From: Candidatus Poseidoniaceae archaeon | GTDB taxonomy: Archaea > Thermoplasmatota > Poseidoniia > Poseidoniales > Poseidoniaceae | Length of the DNA stretch: 38,929 nucleotides | Direction of reading: 5' to 3' | Assembly (NCBI GenBank): GCA_949538025.1 | Contig: CATISI010000088.1 | Span: forward strand, 1-38,929 | Part shown: positions 28,419-37,044 of the stretch, one piece after another | Numbering within the stretch: the first letter of the stretch is position 1 | How the letters are laid out: each line of letters opens with the position of its first letter | Made by a program: the position numbers and the translations under genes | The notes under the pieces: model-generated | The model's database searches: none | The model's input: the letters and a program-made list of their open reading frames with translations, nothing else | Told to the model about the DNA's origin: nothing

Positions 28419-31400
28419 ATGAGTGTAAACGCTGTCTCTCAACGCTCCATTGCTGTTGTGCTTCTCGCACTGTTCATTGGAATGAGTTTTTCTCCGTTTG
28501 GAGAGTTGTGGATTGAGCAAGCAGAGGCTGCAGAAGTGGCTCGTCACACTTACGAATTCAGCGATGGCACGACAGAGTACATTGCACTCTATCAAGGCGG
28601 TAACGCTGATACTGGAGCAAAGATTGCTCTGCCAAAAGGAGCCCAAGTAACAGATGTTCAGATGACCTTGTCCGGTGCATCGGCGACCGGATGGTCCTCG
28701 ATTCCAACGACAACGCGTGATCATTGGGTTGCTGGAGATGCATCGAATACGGACAACCAGAGTGCAGACCTGACGCTTGCTATGGCCAACTCGAGTCATG
28801 CATTCAATGCCCATGGCATGGATGAGGACATCAATCCATCCAGCACAGCATGGCTCGACAACGGCACCTACGCTGTACGTCAACCTCATACCTCCAATTC
28901 AACGGATGCACTCTTCTCTCAGCAACTGAAACTCAGTCCAAACTCGCTCAACGCACAAGGACAAGGGGCAGTTTTGCGACATCACGACTGGTTGTACCTC
29001 TCGACCTGGTCCTCGACAAGTTTCCACAACATCGTACACCGTCTATATCCAAACAACGGGACTCGTGAAAGCATCATTACGCTCGATCAAAACGGCTGTA
29101 CGCTTCCAAACAAACATTCCTCAACCTACTATGGGCAATGGGGTTTCCGTGATTGGGTTGTAACGGATGATGAGCGCTTGTACGCCATCCTTTCCGGCTA
29201 CAAGTACTTCTACACGTCGACTGCAAATACGCTGTATCATCGCGTTCTTGAATTCGACATATCGAATGAGAACGAATGGGTTTGCATCGATTCGTTCCAG
29301 CCACAAGGGAATGGTGATTACACAGGCATTACCTACGATCCCGTTGAAGATACAATTTGGATTCTACACAATCAAAACAGAAGGATTCAATCCTACACGG
29401 TCAGTGCTACTGGTGATTTCGAACGTGGTGACCAATACTTCACATTCCAAACCTCATCATCCTCGATTTGGCAATGTGGCGTTACCAATCAACAAGCTCG
29501 TGGCCTTGAGATGAATCAAACCCATTTCTTCATGCGATGTCAAGATGGTAACTACTACAACGATCGTGATCAACTTGAGTCATGGGGTCGCTCAGGCAGT
29601 GCAGTTGCCTTGATTCCTGAAAACACCGTCCGCAGCATTTCATCCTTGGGATACGGTTTATTCTATGATGGTCGGCGTTTCATCACAGTCGATTCCGGTT
29701 ATTCAACATGGTCAAGCAGTCCATCGTACCACGAGTTTGGAACAAGTTGGCAGTACAAAACAACACCTGCTCCGGGTACAACGACATGGTTTGGCCCGGT
29801 GATTGAAACACCAGACGATGTTCTATCGGTCAACATGGAAACACTTTGGTCTGCGACTTCCATTGGTGACCGCGTTGATTACTGGGTTTCAGCTGACAAT
29901 GGAACTCATTGGGTTTCTGTTGAATCGAACACAACGGTGCATTTCCAACATCCCGGAAAAGAACTGGTCTGGAAGGCAACACTCATTGGTTCCACTGCAG
30001 TATCATGGTGGGTCGATCTGGAATATGCTACCGAATACGAATCGAGCGGAATATGGATTTCACCTGCCAAACCTACCGGAACCAAAGTGGGCAAAGTTCG
30101 TCCCGTATGGGTTGCAACCACAGATGCTGCAACTGATATCACGGTTCAGGTTTCCAACGACGATGGTTCAACTTGGCAACCTGCTGCCAATCTCGTTGAG
30201 ACGAGTTTCTCAACCGATGGTGCAGGTAACGTTCTGCGTTACGCAGTAACCATGACCTCCACGGACAGGTTCAAGACACCCGTTATGGACAGCCTTGAAA
30301 TGTTCTATGAGGAAGGATATCCTGATCGGCCAAGGATAGACGTTGGAGCCGATGGAACCTTTGATTGGGAGAGTATTCTGTTCCTCAATGAATCTGCTAT
30401 TGATGTCAGCGATGATTCAGAAGTTGGGGTTGAAGTGGCCTCCCAACCAACGCTTGTCAATGCCTTCAACGACTACATTCCTGACAACGGGGACGGCACA
30501 GTTGAGGTTCCACTTGCCATCAAGGCACAGACCTCTGGTCGGGTCAAAATCACGAACATCGACATCGCCTACAAGATGAACACGCATGCCATCAGTGCGG
30601 CATTTGAAGGAGGTATGGCAGCACCTGATGGGATTGCACGGAACCTCATCATCAAAGTCGCTCATGGTGATGAAGTCAATTTCGTGACTGAGGTCACTGC
30701 CTCACTCAACAACTCCCATGGTCAAAATCCAACCTTCAAGTGGCAACAAGGCGATTCCTGCAGCACATTGAACGACGCTGGTGGTATCGTTTCCTTTGAC
30801 ACTGCAAATTGCTCTTCGTTCCTCGACGCGAATGATGTAAGGACAATCCGGATTCCTGTGACTGTTGACTGGAGTTGGGACGATGAGGCAGCCACTGAGG
30901 CACTGCTCACCGTGAAAGATTCGTTGGGTACGGCAGTCAACAACTGGAAAACTGAAAATATGCGTATGCGGGTTGAGAACGACATTCAGCTCGATGGTCT
31001 ACAAGTCTTTGATGAAACTGGCCGACAGTTGTTTGCCCAAGATTGGGTGAGAGGAGGGCAGAATCTCTCCTTCCTTGGGAAGATTCACTTTGAGTCATCG
31101 CAACTCTCTCCTCTTTCAGGTGAGTTCAATTTGCGAGTGATTGGCCAAAACGTCACTTATGATGGTGACCCAATCGACCAACCAATTGTTCTCGCTGAAG
31201 AATCCAATCCGAACTTTGGCTCGTACAATTTGACGTTCATGTCCCCTATTGAATCGAGTCCGGGTGGTATGGTGTTCTCTGTCGAAGCCGTCAACTTGCC
31301 AAATGGTTCAACCTTCACGAACCCAGGGTACAACACCATTCGACTTGTTCTCGATGGAAATTCACCCCTTGTGTTGGGCGTGATGCCTTTTGATGGCCAA

Positions 31401-33809
31401 GAGCGCCATGCTGGGCCACCTGCCCCTGGTGGTCAAGCGGTCACGGTCAACATTCAGGACAGCGTTGATCCGCCTACACAAATCAGCCTCCACTATTGGG
31501 TAGGGTGCAAATCCACCGTAGCAATTGGATGTCACGATTTCAATTTTGACGGCCTACCGCAAGAAGATGAGTACGCTGAGAAAATCCTCTCGTCTCCAGA
31601 AACCATCGCTGGTGGTCTCAACATCTTCAACGGTCTCGTTGACGACTCAATGCTTGAACATGGACAAGTTGTGTCAATGTATGTAAGCGGCAAGGACGGT
31701 CAACAAAATCAGGTTGCCATGGGTGGTGGGCCTGTCTGTCCACCAACGCCGCAGGTATGTGGATATGCGCCTGGCCAAATCTTGCCAAACTGGGACGCAG
31801 ATGCATCAACGTACCGGATTCGACAAGAATTCGAACCTGTCGTTGATTTGACCAATTCAAGCATTGTTGGACACGAAGATGAGCAACCTCTTCACCCCGG
31901 CATTATGTACACGGCTCAGGTGGTCCTTTCTGACCGAAATGGATGGGATGACATCCAATTTGTACAATTCGCTCTCGGTGAAGATGTCAACGATGACGAA
32001 ACCTCGATTTTCATCCAACTCGAAGAAGATGAGAATGGTATGCCAAAGGCTCGACTCGAGTCTGGCGGGGAATACATCGCTGTCTCCAACCTTTATTCAC
32101 AGGTCTCCACGTTCGGTGACGATGCCAATCAGTTACTGATTCGTGCGCGATTCCAGTTGACATGGTCGTTCCCTGAGGTTTACGATACCGATGGTCTCGA
32201 ACATTTTATTCCAGTCCTCAAGGTAACCGACAAACCTTGTAACGAGGGTGAAACAACTCCATGTTTCTCCAAGATCAGTGGTTTGGGTTCCAACGCTTGG
32301 AGTCTTGACAACGACTTCCGATTCTACACCGAACCCGGCCACATCAAGGCTGTTGAACTTCGCGACGGTACCAATCACTACAACGATGAAGCGGACGAGA
32401 CACTGATTGGGAGCGGTCAAGCGCTTCGAGTTACCGGACGTGTCTTGTTTAGCGAGGATGAGACACCTGCTCCTCCGGGTGCTTTCGATGTCGTATTTGG
32501 TGATTTTGATCACGTATGGAGAACCTCTCCTCGAGACAACGGTGAATTCAGCCTTGACTTGTTGGTTCCTGCGGTAAATTCGGGTCACCTTGACCTCCGC
32601 TTGCGTCTTGATGACTTACCAGGGCTGGCTCAAGATGAAACCAACCCACTGCCACGTGTGCGCTTTGCAGTCGACAGTTCAAATCCGACCATTCAAACAG
32701 TCATGTTGAACGAAGTTCCTGCTGGTTCACCTCTTTCAATCGGTGAGGCAAACTCGCTACAAGTCATGCTCGAAACCGTTGACGACAACGGTTTCGATAT
32801 GGACAATCCTGCAGTCTTGCATTACCGAATTCGTGCAGGAGAAGCTGAAATCTCTCGTGGAGCGACTGCGTTGCCTGAGACGCTTCCGTTTGGCGACCAA
32901 TTCTTCTGGACTGGTGAAATTGATTTGACCGATATGGGCGCTACAATGCTACTTCCATCCTACGTCGTTGATGTATGGGTCTCTGGTTCGGATGCTACAG
33001 GAAATCCATTCGATACATCCAACAACAACATTGACCAGCCATTCGCAACGTGGCCATTGTCCCTTCTTGGGCCGAGTATTTCCTTCACTCATCCAGAAAC
33101 AGAAATCGAATGGAGCAATCCCAGCCCAACCCGCGGTGAGACCTCTGAACTTGAAATCAGCATCCTCAACGAAGGTGGAAAGGGCAATGTTCGCTTTGTT
33201 CTTCAGCGGTTGGTCGATACCGGTTACTGGAACGAAGAAGCAAACACGAGCATGCCTGTTTCTGCTGGTATCACTGCTGTTGCTTCGATACCAATCGTAG
33301 CGAACGTGGAAGCAGGAGAATCGCAAGCATATCGGTTGTTGGTCCTTGTCGATGGTGTTGAGATGGATCGTTACAACGTTGACCCACTCATTGTCAAGAA
33401 AGACACAGTTCGTGATGGTGATGCGCTTGCACAGCAAGCGAGTGATGGTCAATTTGCCATCTTCATGTATCTTGTTGCAGTTGCTTCTCTCTCTGCATTC
33501 CTATGGATGCTTGTCATGTATCGAAAGATGAAGTATGGTGATGATGAATTCGAAGCAGACCAAACAGAAGCCGTTGCTGAGGAGATGCAACTGAAGGAGG
33601 TTCCCGAGTTGAAGGTTCAGCCCGCTCTACCACCGAAACCAACTCAAGTTCCTGCACCAGTTGCTCAACCGACGCCTCAACCGTCCATCCAACCGGATCC
33701 ACGAGGAATTGCTCCACTGCCACCAACCGGCCTTCCTGAAGGTTGGACGCAGGAGCAATGGAATCACTTTGGCTGGAAGTATATTGAAGGATTCTCAAAG
33801 AATCGATAG
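28419..33809 (+). CDS. Large membrane-anchored cell-surface protein (~1796 aa) with beta-rich domains, C-terminal TM and conserved-looking Trp-rich tail
   Basis: ATG 28419; signal SIAVVLLALFIGMSF; Asp-box-like motifs (SADNGTHW, SNDDGSTW); CARDB-like segment (NPSPTRGE...ILNEGG); TM FAIFMYLVAVASLSAFLWMLVM; Pro-rich linker; LPPTGLPEGWTQEQWNHFGWKY. Confidence 0.82.
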   Translation: MSVNAVSQRSIAVVLLALFIGMSFSPFGELWIEQAEAAEVARHTYEFSDGTTEYIALYQGGNADTGAKIALPKGAQVTDVQMTLSGASATGWSSIPTTTRDHWVAGDASNTDNQSADLTLAMANSSHAFNAHGMDEDINPSSTAWLDNGTYAVRQPHTSNSTDALFSQQLKLSPNSLNAQGQGAVLRHHDWLYLSTWSSTSFHNIVHRLYPNNGTRESIITLDQNGCTLPNKHSSTYYGQWGFRDWVVTDDERLYAILSGYKYFYTSTANTLYHRVLEFDISNENEWVCIDSFQPQGNGDYTGITYDPVEDTIWILHNQNRRIQSYTVSATGDFERGDQYFTFQTSSSSIWQCGVTNQQARGLEMNQTHFFMRCQDGNYYNDRDQLESWGRSGSAVALIPENTVRSISSLGYGLFYDGRRFITVDSGYSTWSSSPSYHEFGTSWQYKTTPAPGTTTWFGPVIETPDDVLSVNMETLWSATSIGDRVDYWVSADNGTHWVSVESNTTVHFQHPGKELVWKATLIGSTAVSWWVDLEYATEYESSGIWISPAKPTGTKVGKVRPVWVATTDAATDITVQVSNDDGSTWQPAANLVETSFSTDGAGNVLRYAVTMTSTDRFKTPVMDSLEMFYEEGYPDRPRIDVGADGTFDWESILFLNESAIDVSDDSEVGVEVASQPTLVNAFNDYIPDNGDGTVEVPLAIKAQTSGRVKITNIDIAYKMNTHAISAAFEGGMAAPDGIARNLIIKVAHGDEVNFVTEVTASLNNSHGQNPTFKWQQGDSCSTLNDAGGIVSFDTANCSSFLDANDVRTIRIPVTVDWSWDDEAATEALLTVKDSLGTAVNNWKTENMRMRVENDIQLDGLQVFDETGRQLFAQDWVRGGQNLSFLGKIHFESSQLSPLSGEFNLRVIGQNVTYDGDPIDQPIVLAEESNPNFGSYNLTFMSPIESSPGGMVFSVEAVNLPNGSTFTNPGYNTIRLVLDGNSPLVLGVMPFDGQERHAGPPAPGGQAVTVNIQDSVDPPTQISLHYWVGCKSTVAIGCHDFNFDGLPQEDEYAEKILSSPETIAGGLNIFNGLVDDSMLEHGQVVSMYVSGKDGQQNQVAMGGGPVCPPTPQVCGYAPGQILPNWDADASTYRIRQEFEPVVDLTNSSIVGHEDEQPLHPGIMYTAQVVLSDRNGWDDIQFVQFALGEDVNDDETSIFIQLEEDENGMPKARLESGGEYIAVSNLYSQVSTFGDDANQLLIRARFQLTWSFPEVYDTDGLEHFIPVLKVTDKPCNEGETTPCFSKISGLGSNAWSLDNDFRFYTEPGHIKAVELRDGTNHYNDEADETLIGSGQALRVTGRVLFSEDETPAPPGAFDVVFGDFDHVWRTSPRDNGEFSLDLLVPAVNSGHLDLRLRLDDLPGLAQDETNPLPRVRFAVDSSNPTIQTVMLNEVPAGSPLSIGEANSLQVMLETVDDNGFDMDNPAVLHYRIRAGEAEISRGATALPETLPFGDQFFWTGEIDLTDMGATMLLPSYVVDVWVSGSDATGNPFDTSNNNIDQPFATWPLSLLGPSISFTHPETEIEWSNPSPTRGETSELEISILNEGGKGNVRFVLQRLVDTGYWNEEANTSMPVSAGITAVASIPIVANVEAGESQAYRLLVLVDGVEMDRYNVDPLIVKKDTVRDGDALAQQASDGQFAIFMYLVAVASLSAFLWMLVMYRKMKYGDDEFEADQTEAVAEEMQLKEVPELKVQPALPPKPTQVPAPVAQPTPQPSIQPDPRGIAPLPPTGLPEGWTQEQWNHFGWKYIEGFSKNR

Positions 33810-33819
33810 GTGTTGACAA

Positions 33820-34257
33820 ATGTCAGCAACGGATTCAATGGTGACGCTCCAAGAGCGCATGGTGAATCTAATTGGCCAATTGACCATGCCCGTAGCTGAA
33901 GTTGCCCTCGTTTTGCAACATCACATTCAGGGCTTGCTCGGTTCGCTCAATGAGTACGTTGAGAAAACGGGAGCATCAATCAGTGAGCAGGTTGCTCGAC
34001 CTTGGCCAATCGAGGAAAACAATGTGGACAATAACCCAATCACTTTCGATGTTGAAAAAGTACTGAAGATTGTTGACCAAGATCGGATGGATATTCTTTC
34101 AACACTCATTCGTGTGACACTCGTGGAAACAAAAATGAACCTTGTTGAAGGTATTCTTGCTCTACGCTCATGGGAGCAACTTGTACGGCAACAACTTGCA
34201 GATGCAACAGGGCCTGGTCAATTGTTCTCGCCGATTGAATTGCCAGAAGAGTGGTAA
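33820..34257 (+). CDS. Hypothetical cytoplasmic helical protein (145 aa)
   Basis: Starts 10 nt after the previous stop, with AGGTG RBS; no hydrophobic segment; fills the gap between two real genes. Confidence 0.75.
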   Translation: MSATDSMVTLQERMVNLIGQLTMPVAEVALVLQHHIQGLLGSLNEYVEKTGASISEQVARPWPIEENNVDNNPITFDVEKVLKIVDQDRMDILSTLIRVTLVETKMNLVEGILALRSWEQLVRQQLADATGPGQLFSPIELPEEW

Positions 34258-34297
34258 TGGACAGACGTTTTAGAACAGAGAGTGCTGAGTGGGGTGT

Positions 34298-35086
34298 ATG
34301 CGAAATAAGCGGTTTATGGGTGTTCTCCTCTCCTGCCTGATGCTTTCCATTCCAATGGCGGGTTGTGCCTCGGATATCGAAACCATCCTCGGCGAATCTT
34401 GGGGTGTCCCAGGTGGATTAGCGCTTGCATGTCTTCGAGACGATGATTACCGTGAACTCGTCATTGAAATCGACCATGCACCCGGGTACAACCCTGAGTC
34501 ATCGACCGTTAGCTTGCTGAAGGAACGACTTGGTCAAGTCTGCGACAAGCCAGATGGAATCAGAATTGAACTCAATGAGATGAATTTTGCAGAAACTACC
34601 ACGTGGACGGCAAACAAAGTTCGTGAAATTGCACATGAGACAATGGACGCTCCACCTCAGACATCCGTCCTACGTTGGCATGTTATCATGCCAGAAGGAA
34701 AGTATTCTGATGACAGTGTCCTCGGTGTTGCAGTCGATGCCTCCACGATTGCTTTGTTTTCGGATTCCATCGATGGTGCAACCTCCATCTTCAACCCTCG
34801 AATATCTGCAGAAGATATCGAGAACAGTGTAATGGTGCACGAGTTTGGACATCTACTTGGGCTTGTAAATCTCGTTTACACTTCTCCTGCAGACCATGAA
34901 GATTCTGAACATCCTGGACATTCCAACAACGAAGACTCGGTTATGTATTGGGCGGTTGAGACTGTGACCATTAGTGCGTGGTTTAGCGGAGACTTGCCAA
35001 CGCAGTTCGACCAAGACGATCTCGATGATCTAGCCGGTATGAAGACTGGTGAACTCGCAACAACCGATCAGTTGTGGCGACCTTAG
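34298..35086 (+). CDS. Zinc metalloprotease (metzincin-like) lipoprotein
   Basis: Signal with lipobox-like MAGC; HEFGHLLGLVN; downstream HPGH and Met-turn SVMYW. ATG 34298 preferred over GTG 34289. Confidence 0.82.
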   Translation: MRNKRFMGVLLSCLMLSIPMAGCASDIETILGESWGVPGGLALACLRDDDYRELVIEIDHAPGYNPESSTVSLLKERLGQVCDKPDGIRIELNEMNFAETTTWTANKVREIAHETMDAPPQTSVLRWHVIMPEGKYSDDSVLGVAVDASTIALFSDSIDGATSIFNPRISAEDIENSVMVHEFGHLLGLVNLVYTSPADHEDSEHPGHSNNEDSVMYWAVETVTISAWFSGDLPTQFDQDDLDDLAGMKTGELATTDQLWRP

Positions 35087-35388
35087 CGTGAACGTGCTTG
35101 AGAAACGATCACTGTTGCATCTCTCCATGCATCGTAGATTGACCACAGCCAAAGTGGAACGTACAGAACGATGGTCAAAGCAAGTGGAATCTGTAGAAGC
35201 GTCCAATCAAATGCACGCTGATGCTTTCGATTGAAATGTTGACCAAGAAACAGGCCTGGAATGGCCGCTAATAGCGCTGCAAGGATTGGACGGAAAGCAC
35301 CCCACATCCCGACACCAAGGAAGATTTCTCTCCAAATCTCAGTAATGAGGCGCATTGGACTCAGTTTCGACTGCTCTGCTGGAGTCAT
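35083..35388 (-). CDS. Small membrane protein (~101 aa)
   Basis: Hydrophobic segments ILAALLAAIPGLFLGQHF and LLQIPLALTIVLYVPLWLWSIYDA; the PGxxxGQ...WSIYDA pattern resembles TM2-like small membrane proteins. ATG at 35388. Confidence 0.7.
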   Translation of the reverse strand: MTPAEQSKLSPMRLITEIWREIFLGVGMWGAFRPILAALLAAIPGLFLGQHFNRKHQRAFDWTLLQIPLALTIVLYVPLWLWSIYDAWRDATVIVSQARSR

Positions 35389-35476
35389 GTGCTTCAGAGG
35401 GTGGTTTGTCCAATGGTTTGTCAATCTGTTGCCAATTTGTCACCAAAATCAAGAACAATCGACTCTAGGACAAACC

Positions 35477-36460
35477 ATGCCACGTGTACTTCTCACAGGC
35501 TTTGGACCGTTTGGAAGTCATGAAGTCAATCCAACAGAGATCATCGTTGAATCAATTCCCTCATTGATTCCCATAAAGAATCCATTTGGAAGGGGTTCAA
35601 GTGAGATGTCGATTGAGAAGCACATCCTTTCAGTTGATGAACATGGCTCGAGATGGACCGCAAATGAACTCAGTTTTCGTGAGTGGGACGCAATTCTTCA
35701 TCTCGGTCTTTGTGGGGAATGTACGCAACCACGAATCGAACTTCTTGCAGAAGACGTTCTCGATATGAGAATTCCAGATAATTCTGGACGTCAGATCAAT
35801 GGTGCAACGCTCAGTGGAACTGGTGACTTGAAAACGGCTGTACCGGTCAAGAAGTGGGGTGTCGAAGACTGGGAGGTTGATATCGAATTGTCAAAGGACG
35901 CAGGACGATACATTTGCAATGAAACCTACTATCGCTCCCTCGAGGCGCTTCAAACCCACAAATTTGCAATTCCTTGTCTCTTTCTCCATCTTCCATCGGT
36001 TGAACATTTGTCCGTGACTGAAGCGTCCAAACTCGTTCGTAGGATTCTTGCGCACATGCTCTACAAACCATCCATACAGGTTGCTGCAGGAATCTTCACT
36101 TCGGAACGTGGTTTCCTAGCGATGAAGCGTGGTGAGGATGAACCCAAAGCTGGTAAGTGGGAATTTCCAGGTGGAACAGTTGAACGAGATGAATCTCCAG
36201 AAGACGCACTGTTACGCGAACTCCAAGAAGAACTGAGTGTCAAAGCAAGCATCATCAAGAAAGCAGGTATTTGGACACACACATATCCTTTCATGCACGT
36301 GGAAATTCACGGGTTCCTCGTCGAAACAGATCCTCTAGATGACCTCCAGATGTCCGTTCATAGTGAGATGAAGTGGATTTCATCATCAGAGGGGTTAAAT
36401 CTCGATTGGCTTGAAGCTGACATTCCGATTGTTAAAGATCTACTCAAAGGACGTTACTGA
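35477..36460 (+). CDS. Pyroglutamyl-peptidase I (C15) fused to a MutT-like Nudix hydrolase
   Basis: MPRVLLTGFGPF, ILHLG, RIELLA (Glu), DAGRYICN (Cys), FLHLP (His); then GKWEFPGGTVERDESPEDALLRELQEEL (Nudix box) and ADIPIV. Start ATG 35477. Confidence 0.9.
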   Translation: MPRVLLTGFGPFGSHEVNPTEIIVESIPSLIPIKNPFGRGSSEMSIEKHILSVDEHGSRWTANELSFREWDAILHLGLCGECTQPRIELLAEDVLDMRIPDNSGRQINGATLSGTGDLKTAVPVKKWGVEDWEVDIELSKDAGRYICNETYYRSLEALQTHKFAIPCLFLHLPSVEHLSVTEASKLVRRILAHMLYKPSIQVAAGIFTSERGFLAMKRGEDEPKAGKWEFPGGTVERDESPEDALLRELQEELSVKASIIKKAGIWTHTYPFMHVEIHGFLVETDPLDDLQMSVHSEMKWISSSEGLNLDWLEADIPIVKDLLKGRY

Positions 36461-36966
36461 TGCCACGTTGATGCATCGCCACGCTCATCCATTGCTGCTT
36501 CATCATGCAATTGTCGTGGAACATTTTGACGTCCAGAATGCCATGTGCATGCCTCGATCCAATCAGACAGACCCATGCCTTCGAGATGGATCTCAAAACA
36601 TCCGCCCAATGGTGCTTCTTCGTAGGAAAAAGCAATTTTTCCTGCAAATGCGGCTAATCGAGAAATTCGGAACGAGGTTTTCTGTTTGCTCAAATTCTTC
36701 CCCATTGCATCCATAGCTGTGTCAAGGATCGACTGTTGGCGTAGTTGTTGCAAAAACACCTCAAAGGAGAGATTTTTGCATTCAATGGAAACCAATTGCT
36801 CGCTGGGAAATTTCTGCTTCTCTACATCGGCAACAATTGCATTAGGGAACAGTGTCTGTATCGCCATTGTGACATTCTTTGCGTCATCTCCAGGGCGGAG
36901 TTTTGTATGCAGTGCAATCTCGATACCCTCGTCACGTCCGTTGTAGGTCAACGGTTTAAGGTCCAT
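36454..36966 (-). CDS. UPF0201/DUF54-like archaeal putative RNA-binding protein
   Basis: Pattern PGDDAKNVTMAIQTLFP...LRQQSILDTA...SRLAAFAGKIAF...PLGG resembles the COG1931 family as recalled. Start ATG 36966. Confidence 0.72.
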   Translation of the reverse strand: MDLKPLTYNGRDEGIEIALHTKLRPGDDAKNVTMAIQTLFPNAIVADVEKQKFPSEQLVSIECKNLSFEVFLQQLRQQSILDTAMDAMGKNLSKQKTSFRISRLAAFAGKIAFSYEEAPLGGCFEIHLEGMGLSDWIEACTWHSGRQNVPRQLHDEAAMDERGDASTWHQ

Positions 36967-37044
36967 GTTATGAGGATAGGGAAACGGCTTTTCAACCTGC
37001 TTGTGAATGTGAAGTATCAAAACAGATTTGCTACAGAGCAGCCT

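Noticed and set aside
35261..35476. Long N-terminal extension of the peptidase-Nudix ORF (similarly 36745-37044 for GT2 and 36967-37158 for UPF0201)
   Set aside because: These overlap divergent genes; family N-terminal motifs begin at the downstream ATGs.
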